Shown here piece after piece: positions 1-8,827 of a stretch of DNA of 64,000 nucleotides. The notes below the pieces were generated by a model. The model worked only from the letters and a program-made list of their open reading frames with translations, was not told where the DNA came from and made no database searches. The translations under genes were made by a program, and so were the position numbers. This DNA is from an uncultured Acidobacteriaceae bacterium (lineage in GTDB: Bacteria > Acidobacteriota > Terriglobia > Terriglobales > Acidobacteriaceae), in NCBI GenBank assembly GCA_963784095.1, contig CAWAQC010000012.1, positions 281,832-345,831 on the forward strand, written 5' to 3'. Each line of letters opens with the position of its first letter. Position 1 is the first letter of the stretch.

Positions 1-1
1 G

Positions 2-181
2 GGTGTGGCTTCATGGAAGTGGGAGGACCGCTGGACAATGGACACCGTGCTGTTTAAGAAGGAGCAGCAAGGTCTATACGATGCATACAAACGCAACTCA
101 GGCGGTCGGAAATTCCAATTGGAAAGGGTTGACCTTACTAAGGCGAACAGCGCGAAGGCTTCACAGATCCGTATTGCCTGA
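2..181 (+). CDS. 3' end of an unidentified CDS entering from the left window edge (partial)
   Basis: Frame 2 is open from base 2 to TGA at 179-181 (...WKWEDRWTMDTVLFKKEQQGLYDAYKRNSGGRKFQLERVDLTKANSAKASQIRIA*). Convergent with the arginase gene. No family recognised. Confidence 0.3.
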   Translation, partial: GVASWKWEDRWTMDTVLFKKEQQGLYDAYKRNSGGRKFQLERVDLTKANSAKASQIRIA

Positions 182-196
182 AGCACCTTGCCAAAC

Positions 197-1141
197 TTAC
201 AGAATCTTTTTCCCGAAGGCCGACAGGGCCAGCTCCACAGCTAAGTCTGCGGTGCGGTTATGTTCGTCGATAACCGGATTCACTTCGACGATCTCGAAAC
301 TCACCATGCGTCCGTGATCGGCAATAATTTCCATGGCTAAATGCGCTTCGCGATAGGTCGCCCCACCGCGCACCGGCGTGCCGACGCCGGGGGCGTCCTC
401 GGGATCGATCCAATCCATATCGAGCGAGATGTGATAGCCCGCAGTGCCGCGTCCGGCGATGCGTAAAGCTTCTTCCATTACGGTTCTCATGCCGCGCTCA
501 TCGATGTCCCGCATGGTGAAGACGCCGATGCCGGCGCGGCGGACATTCTCTTTTTCCACCGCATCAATGTCACGCACGCCCACGAGCACGCAGTTCTCCG
601 GCCTCACTTTCGGAGAGAAATCGAAAATATTCTGCAGTTCCGCCGGACCCAAGCCGAGCAGCGCGGCCAGCGGCATGCCATGAACATTGCCACTGGGGGA
701 GGTTTCGGGTGTATTGATATCGGTGTGTGCATCAATCCAAATCAGGCCAATGTGCTGATTTTGTCGCCGATAGAATTCAGCCACGCCAGCGACCGTCCCT
801 GCAGCCACGGAGTGATCGCCGCCTAGAGTCAACGGAATTTTGCCGGCCTCCAGCGTCTTGAGCACCAGCTCAGCATGCTTGGTGCAGGTTGCCATGATTT
901 CTTTCAGATATTTTGCGTGGGTATCGCCTTCTTTTTTCTGCTCAGGGATCGCAACCGCAACGTTGCCGCCGTCTTCCACTTGATGCCCTAGCGCTTCCAG
1001 CCGCGCCTCAAGCCCGGCCACACGAACCGCTGAAGGCCCCATGTCGACGCCGCGGCGCGATTGCCCAAGGTCGAGCGGAACGCCGATGACACGAATCTTC
1101 TTGGGAACAATATTGGTTGTGGTGCCAGTGATTGTGGTCAT
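197..1141 (-). CDS. rocF: arginase (ureohydrolase family)
   Basis: Ureohydrolase Mn-binding motifs GGDHSVA, IWIDAHTDINTP, SGNVHGMPLA and SLDMDWIDPEDAPGVGTP. The likely start is the MTTITG ATG at 1141. The longer ORF to 1207 runs into a GATTG-type repeat. Confidence 0.85.
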   Translation of the reverse strand: MTTITGTTTNIVPKKIRVIGVPLDLGQSRRGVDMGPSAVRVAGLEARLEALGHQVEDGGNVAVAIPEQKKEGDTHAKYLKEIMATCTKHAELVLKTLEAGKIPLTLGGDHSVAAGTVAGVAEFYRRQNQHIGLIWIDAHTDINTPETSPSGNVHGMPLAALLGLGPAELQNIFDFSPKVRPENCVLVGVRDIDAVEKENVRRAGIGVFTMRDIDERGMRTVMEEALRIAGRGTAGYHISLDMDWIDPEDAPGVGTPVRGGATYREAHLAMEIIADHGRMVSFEIVEVNPVIDEHNRTADLAVELALSAFGKKIL

Positions 1142-1246
1142 AACATTTGGCGATTTAGCGATCGGGCGATTGGGCGATTGAAAACCTACTTTTCTACTCG
1201 TTCTCAATCACACGACGACTCAATCGCTCCGTGACTCAATCTACCT
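1142..1246. repeat. GATTG/CAATC-type intergenic inverted-repeat element
   Basis: ggcgatttagcgatcgggcgattgggcgattgaaaa followed by ctcaatcacacgacgactcaatcgc...gactcaatc. The GCGATTG units on the left are mirrored by CAATC units on the right. Confidence 0.55.
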
Positions 1247-2584
1247 TCAGGGGTACAGCCGGTGGAGCATCCGCGGAAACGGTATTGTCTCCCGCACGTG
1301 TTCTAGTCCGCAAATCCACGCGACCGCGCGCTCAATGCCCATGCCGAAGCCACCGTGCGGCACGCTGCCGTATTTGCGTAGATCCAGATACCACTTGAAA
1401 GCTTCTTCGGGAAGATTGTGCTCGTGAATTCGCTGCAGCAGCAATTCATGGGAAGCCATACGCTGCGATCCGCCGATGATTTCTCCGTAACCTTCGGGTG
1501 CGAGCACATCCACGCACAGCGCCAACTCGGGACGCTGCGGATCAGGTTCCATGTAAAAAGCCTTTACCTTCGCGGGATAGCGATGCACCATGACAGGCTT
1601 GTCAAATTGTGCCGAAAGATAAGTCTCGTCTGGCGAACCAAAGTCTCCGCCCCACTCGAATTTGGTTTCGAGCGCGCCTTTGGCAAATCCCTCCTGCAAA
1701 TTCTTGACCGCATCGTCGTAACTCATACGTGGAAACGGTGGCTCAATTTTTTCAAGTTTCGAAATATCGCGCCCGATGGCCTGCAAGTCGGTGCGCCGCC
1801 GATCCACGCAACGCTTCACCATAAAGCTGATCAGTCCTTCGGCCAGATCCATCAGATCGTCAAGTTCGGCGTAGGCGATTTCCGGTTCGACCATCCAAAA
1901 CTCGGTCAGATGGCGGCGCGTTTTTGATTTCTCGGCGCGAAACGTTGGACCGAATGAATACACTTTGCCCAGGGCCATTGCAGTCGCTTCAATGTAGAGC
2001 TGGCCAGATTGGGTGAGATATGCTTGCTCGTCAAAATAATCCACCGGAAAAAGCGTGCTGGTGCCTTCGCAAGCCGCGGGAGTCAGAATCGGAGAATCGG
2101 TCAGCGTGAATCCGCGTTCGTCGAAGAAATCGCGGACCGCTTTCACGATCTCCGCACGAACCCGCAAAATTGACGCCTGCCGCTGTGAGCGCACCCACAA
2201 GTGGCGATGCTCCATTAAAAATTCAGTGCCATGTTCTTTCGGCGTGATCGGATACGGATCGGATTCGGCAACACGCTGCACCACATGAACATTGGTTACG
2301 TCAAGTTCGTAACCGCCGGGCGCGCGCTTATCGGCGCGTACCTTGCCTTCAACGATCACGCTAGACTCCTGCGTCAATGTCTTTATGGCTTCGAATATCT
2401 CCGGGGTGACGGCGTTTTTCGGTACTACGCCTTGAATCACGCCGGAACCGTCGCGAAATTGCGGGAACAATAACTTGCCGCTCTCGCGAAGGTTGTATAG
2501 CCAGCCGCGAACGGTGACTGAGTTCCCTTCGTGCTTGCCGATTTCTGCAATTGTGGTTACAGGAGACATAGTTGATTGAGTCAT
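1247..2584 (-). CDS. asnS: asparagine--tRNA ligase
   Basis: 445 aa class IIb aaRS. It has an N-terminal OB anticodon-binding region. Class II motifs are [19 protein letters not shown] and GGSQR...[33 protein letters not shown], typical of AsnRS in size and C-terminus. Confidence 0.85.
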   Translation of the reverse strand: MTQSTMSPVTTIAEIGKHEGNSVTVRGWLYNLRESGKLLFPQFRDGSGVIQGVVPKNAVTPEIFEAIKTLTQESSVIVEGKVRADKRAPGGYELDVTNVHVVQRVAESDPYPITPKEHGTEFLMEHRHLWVRSQRQASILRVRAEIVKAVRDFFDERGFTLTDSPILTPAACEGTSTLFPVDYFDEQAYLTQSGQLYIEATAMALGKVYSFGPTFRAEKSKTRRHLTEFWMVEPEIAYAELDDLMDLAEGLISFMVKRCVDRRRTDLQAIGRDISKLEKIEPPFPRMSYDDAVKNLQEGFAKGALETKFEWGGDFGSPDETYLSAQFDKPVMVHRYPAKVKAFYMEPDPQRPELALCVDVLAPEGYGEIIGGSQRMASHELLLQRIHEHNLPEEAFKWYLDLRKYGSVPHGGFGMGIERAVAWICGLEHVRETIPFPRMLHRLYP

Positions 2585-2676
2585 CGAGCCTTTGAGTTAA
2601 TGCCTCGATTGAAACCGCCATATCAACTGCTCACGGGCCAATCACTCCATGACTCAATGGCCCGATCATTCAATTC
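2585..2676. repeat. GATTG/CAATC-type intergenic inverted-repeat element
   Basis: attgagtcat (2573-2582) and atgactcaat (2649-2658) form a 10-bp inverted repeat, with further gattga/tcaat units between them. Confidence 0.5.
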
Positions 2677-3498
2677 TTAAGCCGCTTCCAACTTCTCAAA
2701 TGTGGCCGAAAGCTTTTCCAGCGGATTCACTTTCTCATCGCCTTCCAGTTCCAGCATCAATGGCGGCCTTTGCGGAGCGGACCGCAGCAGTTCCATGGCT
2801 TGCTTCCAGTCGATGGTGCCTTCACCCGGCCATAAGTGCGAATCGCGGTCTTTCTTGTTGTCGTGAACGTGTGTCGAGCAAATCAGCTTACTGAGAATCT
2901 CAAACGCTTCGTCGACCGAACCCATCATGTGAGCATGGCCGAAATCGAAACAGATTCCTATGTCATCGAAATGAGCCGTGTGAATCATTTCGATCAGCTT
3001 TTCCGGGGTGGAGAGTTCGTTCGGGATATTTTCCAGCAGAATACGGACTCCCAGCGGTTTGGCGAATGCGCGCAGGTGCTCGATGGAAGTCATTGCCGAC
3101 TCGAATTTTTTCTCGCTGAAACTCTCGTTCGGCAATCCCAAATGCTGAATGAGAAAACGGAAGGGGATCTGCTCGGCGATTTCGAGCGAGCGCTTGACCT
3201 CATCCATGGCTTCGACAAGTGCGGCACGATCGGTGGAGGCTAAATTAATCGGAGGAGTTCCCGTGCGGCCCCAGTCGTAATCGGCGTAGAGCGGCGAGTG
3301 TACTGAATTCAGAGGAACACCGCTGCCGCGAAACCAGTCGGCAATCTCCCGCAAGTGCGCCTTGCGGTTTGCGTAATCGAGGTGTTGCCGTGCCGCGAAA
3401 ATCTCGATCGCCTGGACGCCATTGCGGGCGAGGCCATCCAGAATGCCCGGATGCAGCCGCTCCTTCACATACAAATAAGTTGATACCGCTTTCACCAT
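2677..3498 (-). CDS. sugar phosphate isomerase/epimerase (xylose-isomerase-like TIM barrel)
   Basis: Pattern typical of the AP-endonuclease-2/xylose-isomerase-like TIM barrel fold (IEIFAAR..., LENIPNEL..., FDFGHAHM, HVHDN). The likely start is the MVKAVS ATG at 3498, because the N-terminal extension of the long ORF is repeat-derived. Confidence 0.65.
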   Translation of the reverse strand: MVKAVSTYLYVKERLHPGILDGLARNGVQAIEIFAARQHLDYANRKAHLREIADWFRGSGVPLNSVHSPLYADYDWGRTGTPPINLASTDRAALVEAMDEVKRSLEIAEQIPFRFLIQHLGLPNESFSEKKFESAMTSIEHLRAFAKPLGVRILLENIPNELSTPEKLIEMIHTAHFDDIGICFDFGHAHMMGSVDEAFEILSKLICSTHVHDNKKDRDSHLWPGEGTIDWKQAMELLRSAPQRPPLMLELEGDEKVNPLEKLSATFEKLEAA

Positions 3499-3623
3499 GC
3501 GTAGTCCTTGCGCGTTGCCTGTTGTTGATTTCGTGATTGTTGATTGTGTGATTGAAAAGCGCGATTGTGGCGATGCGCTGTGATTTTCAATCAACAATCG
3601 ATAATCACGAAATCGATAATTCC
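3499..3623. repeat. GATTG/CAATC-type long imperfect hairpin element
   Basis: Perfect 10-bp inverted repeat tgattgaaaa (3549-3558) / ttttcaatca (3584-3593). It is nested in outer arms cgtgattgttgattg / caatcaacaatcgataatcacg. Confidence 0.6.
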
Positions 3624-5408
3624 CTAGTATCCCACTGCACTCCCATTGCTTCTATAATCAGTGGCGCCAAGCCGCTCGCCAGTTTTCTGATCGATAGCGA
3701 TGCACTCAGCGTCGCTCCAATAACCGCCTGCGTCCGAATTTTCCCGCAAACCGAACTGCACGTGATAGCCCATTTTTTCCAGATCCTGCACCGTGTCTGG
3801 AGAAAAATAACGTTCAACATACAGCGTGTCGGGCAGCCACTGGTTGTGAAAGCGCGGCGCGTCCACCGCCTCCTGAATCTTCATTCCGTAGTCGACTACG
3901 CCCATCAGAACGTTCGCGACCGTGGTAATAATTTTCGAGCTGCCCGGGGAACCCAACACCAGAAACAGCTTTCCGCCGCGCGCCACGATAGTCGGGGTCA
4001 TCGACGATAGCGGACGTTTCCCCGGCCCAATCGCGTTCGCCGCTCCCTGAATCAATTTATCGGAATTGGGTACTCCCGGTTTTGAAGAGAAATCATCCAT
4101 TTCGTCGTTCAGAAGAAATCCCAAGCCATCGGCAGTGACGTGCGAGCCGAACCAGTCGTTAATTGTGGTGGTGACTGCGACCGCATTTCCTTCTGCATCG
4201 ACTACAGAAAAATGAGTTGTGTGCTGGCCCTCATGGTACTCCCGGGGTTGCGGATGAGCCGCGGCATACTGTTCGAGCTCGTTGAAAACCGCCGGACGCT
4301 TCAGAGCCAAACTGGGACTGGCGCGGGCCGGATCAATCGAATCGCGCCAAGCCGCGGCGTATTTCTTATCCACAAGCTGCGCCACCGGGACCTTCGCAAA
4401 GTCGGGGTCGCCCATGAATTCTGCGCGGTCAAAAAAAGCGCGCCGAAACGCTTCGGTGGTGAAATGGATGGACTGCGATGAACGGTCGCCCATCTTCGCC
4501 AGATCATAGCCTTCCAGAATATTCAGCGATTCAATCAGAACCGTGCCTCCGGAAGAGGGCGGCGGCGCGCTGATAATTTCGTACCCACGGTAGTTGCCGG
4601 TAACCGGTTCGCGTTCTTTGACTTCATAGTGCGCGAGATCGGCGGCGGTGATCAGGCCTCCGCCTTTTTGCAGAGCTGCCGCCAGCTCTCGTGCTAGCGC
4701 GCCGTGATAAAAATCGTCGGGCTTGGCTGCAATCCGCTCCAGAGTTCGGGCTAAATCAGGCTGCCGAAAAATCTCACCCGCCTGGTAGTAGTTGCCGTCG
4801 CGCTGAAAAATTCGCCGTGATTCGGGAAACTGGCTCAGGTATTTATCGTGAAGGTCGCGAGCCTCTTGCCAACTGAGAGCATATCCGTCCTTTGCGAAGC
4901 GGATCGCTGGCGCCATCGCTTGCTTCAAACCGAGCTTGCCGTATTTCTGCTCGGCATAAACCATTCCCGCAACTGATCCTGGTACCGCGATTGACTTGTA
5001 ACCGATAATACTTGCCTGCTCGATCACATTTCCCTGGGCATCGAGATACATGTCGGGCTTGGCCGCAGATGGCGCCATTTCGCGATAATCGATGAAATGG
5101 GACGTGCCATCGGCCATGCGAAGCAGCATAAACCCGCCGCCACCAAGGTTTCCCGCCGCCGGATGCACCACCGCCAAGGCAAACCCGGTAGCTACTGCGG
5201 CATCGACCGCATTGCCGCCACGCTGCATCATCTCGATTCCCGCGCGCGACGCCAGTTCGCGAACGCTGACCACCATTCCATGTTGAGCGTGCACCGGCTG
5301 CGGAGACGCCCCTGCTGATGCCGTCGCAAACACGACCGCGCACGCCACCAGCCACGGAAAGCATGTTCTGTTTCGGGATCCCATGAAGATATCGAAGGCG
5401 TCCGGCAA
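3624..5408 (-). CDS. ggt: gamma-glutamyltransferase
   Basis: 594 aa with an N-terminal signal-like segment. GGT hallmarks are present: the autoprocessing site region HEGQHTTHFSVVDAEGNAVAVTTTIN, PGKRPLSSMTPT and LVLGSPGSSKI. Confidence 0.9.
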   Translation of the reverse strand: MPDAFDIFMGSRNRTCFPWLVACAVVFATASAGASPQPVHAQHGMVVSVRELASRAGIEMMQRGGNAVDAAVATGFALAVVHPAAGNLGGGGFMLLRMADGTSHFIDYREMAPSAAKPDMYLDAQGNVIEQASIIGYKSIAVPGSVAGMVYAEQKYGKLGLKQAMAPAIRFAKDGYALSWQEARDLHDKYLSQFPESRRIFQRDGNYYQAGEIFRQPDLARTLERIAAKPDDFYHGALARELAAALQKGGGLITAADLAHYEVKEREPVTGNYRGYEIISAPPPSSGGTVLIESLNILEGYDLAKMGDRSSQSIHFTTEAFRRAFFDRAEFMGDPDFAKVPVAQLVDKKYAAAWRDSIDPARASPSLALKRPAVFNELEQYAAAHPQPREYHEGQHTTHFSVVDAEGNAVAVTTTINDWFGSHVTADGLGFLLNDEMDDFSSKPGVPNSDKLIQGAANAIGPGKRPLSSMTPTIVARGGKLFLVLGSPGSSKIITTVANVLMGVVDYGMKIQEAVDAPRFHNQWLPDTLYVERYFSPDTVQDLEKMGYHVQFGLRENSDAGGYWSDAECIAIDQKTGERLGATDYRSNGSAVGY

Positions 5409-5520
5409 TGGGCGGACTCTTGAGGCTAGCCGACCGCGGTAAGTTGAGTCAAATCAGGATCTGAGGGCTCTTTGACAACCTCAGGGACCCAACTGCGGCT
5501 CTTGCGGTAGGTTGGACGAG

Positions 5521-5925
5521 CTATTTGAAGTGAACTTTTGGCCTGCGGGTATTCTGCATCCGAACCTTGGCGCTTCGCGAATTCTTCTTAATGCCTTTAC
5601 GCTTACTATGTTTGCCCGCCTTCGCGGCTACCATGTCATACGACTGCTGAATCAGTTCGCGCAGCTCGTTCCAAGGAATCGCATCCAGTCGATCGAGCAT
5701 TACCCATTTATATCGTCCTAGATATGGTGCAGGGCGGATGTCCTCGCGCTCGATCAACTTCGCAAAGTTGTCGGGAGAACACTTGAAGCACAATCTTGGA
5801 TTGTCCAGACCGAGCATGGCGAAGATCTTTCCGCCGATTTTGAAGCACAACTCGTCGCCCCATTGCAGTTTCTCGGTAGCTTGCGGAAATGGCAGACAGA
5901 ATTCGCGAATAGCATCAACGTTCAC
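5521..5925 (-). CDS. MmcQ/YjbR family DNA-binding protein with a Lys/Arg-rich C-terminal tail
   Basis: The N-terminus IREFCLPFPQATEKLQWGDELCFKIGGKIFAML... is typical of the YjbR family. The last ~35 aa (KAGKHSKRKGIKKNSRSAKVRMQ...) are encoded by a CTTCGCG-type repeat copy. Confidence 0.65.
   Translation of the reverse strand: MNVDAIREFCLPFPQATEKLQWGDELCFKIGGKIFAMLGLDNPRLCFKCSPDNFAKLIEREDIRPAPYLGRYKWVMLDRLDAIPWNELRELIQQSYDMVAAKAGKHSKRKGIKKNSRSAKVRMQNTRRPKVHFK
5559..5620. repeat. CGCGAAG-family repeat copy embedded in the 3' end of the YjbR-like ORF
   Basis: ggcgcttcgcgaattcttcttaatgcc...gcccgccttcgcggc shares the CTTCGCG core with copies at 8004, 23411, 34841, 40242 and 54547. Confidence 0.45.
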
Positions 5926-5958
5926 TGGTTACATCCATTCAAAGCAATCGACCGCAAA

Positions 5959-7332
5959 TTATACTTCGTGCACCTTTTCGCCTTCGTGCAGACGCTGATC
6001 CGCAGAGGCCGACGCATCGCCTGAAACAGCGTATGCGACCGCCGCTCCAATCAAAGCAGGAACAACAAACGCGTGACCGCCGGTCGCTTCGGCGACGAAT
6101 ACAACAGCTGCGAGCGGAGTCTTGTAGCCGGCAGAGATAAATGAGGCCATGCCGACGGCGGCGTAAAGATTCAGGCAAGACGTGTGCGCGACGGCCTGGC
6201 CGAAAGCCGTTCCAACACTTCCACCGGTCAGAAACAGCGGCACGAACATCGCACTGACTCCGCCCGCGCCCAGCGTGAACAGCGTCGCCGCCAGCTTGAG
6301 CACGCTAAAAACGAGGAGTTCGGTGGTGGTGTGACTCTTGCCGAGAATTTCCCCAACCGCATCGTAATTAGGCCCGAGCGGCACAAGATGGCCCGGATAT
6401 AGATGCAAGAAAAGAACTCCGCAGAGACCCGTTCCCAACCCCCCGATACCAAGCTTCAACCAGTGCGGTGCGGGCCAATGTACGAAAAACCTGCGCGAAC
6501 GGCGAAAGATCAGCACAAATACCATTCCGACGAGGCCGATGATCAAACCCAACAACGCACTCCAATAGACATCCACCCGCGTGAAGGAGTTACAACCGGT
6601 GAAGTCAAAAATCGGCGCCGCACCAAGAAATGAACTGAGAGTGACAAATGAGACTACCGAAGCGATCAACGATGGCACCAACGCCTCATGCGCCAGGTCG
6701 TCGCGGTAAGGCATTTCGAGAGCAAAAACGATTCCCGTGAGGGGTGCGCGAAATACCGCCGACATGCCAGCCGCCGCGCCACAAATCAACACAATGCGCC
6801 GGTCACGCTCGGTAAGCCGCAGCCGCCGCAGCTTGGTCCAAAGCCACGATCCAATGGCGGCGCCTCCATAAATGCTGGGTCCTTCCAACGCAGCGCTGCC
6901 GCCCGATCCAACTGTGGTAATCGCTGCCAAAATCTTGGGCACAAACCAGCGAATATCCACACGCCCTTCGTGTTCATGGTAGGAGCGAATAATTTCTTCC
7001 GTGGAGTGTTGGTTCGGATCCGGGGTAAGAAATTGCATGATGAGCCCGGTAACAACGAACGCCAGAACCAAGCCAGGGACGATGCTCCAATGATGATTCA
7101 AGTAGTACCGCAAAATCGGTGGCCACATCTTCCCCAGAATGATGACCACGAGTCCGGTGATGAACAAGCCGGTAGTCAGCCCAATGATAGGTGCGATGAT
7201 GAGCCACTTACCGAGATCGCGCGCGTACACCTCAGTCAAATCCCCTCGAACGATCGATGAATATTTGTCGATCAAAGGGTGTTTGAGGAGTCGTGCTGCT
7301 CGGGATTTGAGCTTTGTACGTTCGGCGCTCAT
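5959..7332 (-). CDS. ClC-family voltage-gated chloride channel / H+-Cl- antiporter
   Basis: 457 aa polytopic membrane protein. It carries ClC selectivity-filter-like motifs GSGGSAALEGPSIYGG, GAAAGMSAVFRAPLTG and GGVSAMFVPLFLTG. Confidence 0.8.
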   Translation of the reverse strand: MSAERTKLKSRAARLLKHPLIDKYSSIVRGDLTEVYARDLGKWLIIAPIIGLTTGLFITGLVVIILGKMWPPILRYYLNHHWSIVPGLVLAFVVTGLIMQFLTPDPNQHSTEEIIRSYHEHEGRVDIRWFVPKILAAITTVGSGGSAALEGPSIYGGAAIGSWLWTKLRRLRLTERDRRIVLICGAAAGMSAVFRAPLTGIVFALEMPYRDDLAHEALVPSLIASVVSFVTLSSFLGAAPIFDFTGCNSFTRVDVYWSALLGLIIGLVGMVFVLIFRRSRRFFVHWPAPHWLKLGIGGLGTGLCGVLFLHLYPGHLVPLGPNYDAVGEILGKSHTTTELLVFSVLKLAATLFTLGAGGVSAMFVPLFLTGGSVGTAFGQAVAHTSCLNLYAAVGMASFISAGYKTPLAAVVFVAEATGGHAFVVPALIGAAVAYAVSGDASASADQRLHEGEKVHEV

Positions 7333-7414
7333 GTGTCGTGCTTAGAATATGACTGGTGCTTAGATACTTTTGTCCGGGTTTGGCGGCTGATTTGAACCTG
7401 CTGGCTCGGACCCA

Positions 7415-7834
7415 CTAATTCGAACCTGCGCGCATAATGCGGCGGAGAGCAGTCACCAGATCGGGACCGGCTGTGCGCAGCTCATCCCGGTGATGGAGAG
7501 CCAGTTCACCCAGAACCTTTTCTCCTTTGGCCGTGAGCGCAAGCAACACTTCACGGCGATCGTCTTTCGCGCGAGTGCGGTGGACGAAGCCTCCAGCCTC
7601 CAAACGATTCACCAGTTCTACGGCGCTGTGATGGCGGATCTGCATCCGGTTAGCTAATTCGCGGATTCGCGGGCGAACGCCTGCGGGTATGCCCTTGATG
7701 GCGAGCATGAGTTGATACTGGCCCCGCTCGAGACCAGCCTTTTTTACCACCTGTTCGCTGAAATGAAGGAAGCGGCGAATTTGATGACGAAATTCCGCCA
7801 ATGCCTGGTAGTCCGACAAGCTTAGCTTTTTCAT
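7415..7834 (-). CDS. MarR family transcriptional regulator
   Basis: Winged-helix MarR pattern (LERGQYQLMLAIKG...IRELANRMQIRHHSAVELVNRLEAGGFVHRTRAKDDRREVLLALTAKGEKVL). The likely start is MKKLSL at 7834. Confidence 0.75.
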   Translation of the reverse strand: MKKLSLSDYQALAEFRHQIRRFLHFSEQVVKKAGLERGQYQLMLAIKGIPAGVRPRIRELANRMQIRHHSAVELVNRLEAGGFVHRTRAKDDRREVLLALTAKGEKVLGELALHHRDELRTAGPDLVTALRRIMRAGSN

Positions 7835-7867
7835 GTCGCCGATAAGGTGCCGCGATCCGCCGCGACC

Positions 7868-7897
7868 CCATACTATATCGTAAGGCGATATAGATGG
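7868..7897. promoter_or_regulatory. palindromic candidate operator upstream of the MarR gene
   Basis: ccataCTATATCGtaaggCGATATAGatgg. This is a perfect 8-bp inverted repeat (7873-7880 / 7886-7893) with a 5-bp spacer, 34-64 bp upstream of the proposed MarR start. Confidence 0.4.
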
Positions 7898-8003
7898 GAA
7901 TTGCTTTCGGGGTAACCCGGTTGATCCGAAAGTCGGTGCGGCATTTACGTGAGCTTTAGATAAGAGCAGCCGGTCTTTGTTGAAATCAGTCAAATCAAAA
8001 AAT

Positions 8004-8056
8004 CTTAAACCACGAAAATCGCGAAGAAATGCCGCGAAGAGCGCGAAGATTACGGA
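8004..8056. repeat. CGCGAAG-family intergenic repeat
   Basis: cttaaaccacgaaaatcgcgaagaaatgccgcgaagagcgcgaagattacgg is nearly collinear with the copy at 23411-23478 (tcgcgaaga.a.gccgcgaaga.cgc..gattacgg). Confidence 0.6.
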
Positions 8057-8150
8057 TTAGGGCACTGCCCAGCCGGCTCGCCGCTTCGTTGTGTTACACT
8101 TACGCTTCATATACAAAGTTTATCGCTGAAAATCGGCGATTTATCCGCAC

Positions 8151-8429
8151 ATGCTTCTTTCCAAGGAATATGTGGGCTTTCTGGCCCGCGAAGTTACCAA
8201 AAAACTGATTGCTGCCAAGGCCATCGAAACCTCGGCTGTGCCCAAGGTTACCGAGCGCGTGCACGCCGCCCTGCTCGAAGAACTCACCCTCGAGGACCGC
8301 ATCAATGACGAAGTGCGGGTCATCCTCGAGGCCTACTCCGAAGAGATGAACAAAACCGGCGCCAACTATCAGGAAATGTTTCGCAAAGTGAAAAGCGAGT
8401 TGGTCCGCAAATACAAGGCGGTTCTGTGA
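8151..8429 (+). CDS. DUF507-like small protein (paralogue 1)
   Basis: 92 aa helical charged protein. It resembles its downstream neighbour (LSKEYVGFLAREVTKKL vs LSRDKVNVLARAVADAL). The DUF507 assignment is from memory of the family and was not searched. Confidence 0.5.
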   Translation: MLLSKEYVGFLAREVTKKLIAAKAIETSAVPKVTERVHAALLEELTLEDRINDEVRVILEAYSEEMNKTGANYQEMFRKVKSELVRKYKAVL

Positions 8430-8701
8430 GACTGAGCCGCGACAAAGTGAATGTGCTGGCGCGCGCGGTTGCCGACGCTCTAAAACAAATGGATGAAGTC
8501 GACTTTATCGAAGATCCCAACACCATCCGCCAGGAAACTCGCAAAATTCTCGAAGATCTCCTCAATAACGAAGAGAGAATCGACCAGGCGGCGCGCCAAA
8601 AAATCGAAAGCCAGAAGCGGACAATTCTTGAAGGCTCGCAGGAGTGGGACATTCTCTACCGCAAGTATTACAACGAGGAAGTGAAGAAGCTGGGAATCTG
8701 A
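8426..8701 (+). CDS. DUF507-like small protein (paralogue 2)
   Basis: 91 aa. The GTG start overlaps the upstream stop (GTGA). It is a tandem paralogue of 8151-8429. Confidence 0.5.
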   Translation: MRLSRDKVNVLARAVADALKQMDEVDFIEDPNTIRQETRKILEDLLNNEERIDQAARQKIESQKRTILEGSQEWDILYRKYYNEEVKKLGI

Positions 8702-8765
8702 TGTGATCCCTGCCTGATGTTTGGGCACGTTTCTCTGAGACACCCCCTCCCCGGCAGCGATTGAT

Positions 8766-8800
8766 CAAAACAAAAAGGCCCCACGCCGGGTGCGCGGGGC
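8766..8800 (-). terminator. rho-independent terminator candidate for the 8828-9649 gene
   Basis: Hairpin gcccc-a-cgc / gcg-c-ggggc (8778-8800), followed on the minus strand by ctttttgttttg. Confidence 0.5.
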
Positions 8801-8827
8801 TGTGAGTGGATTGCCCAGGGGAGAAAT

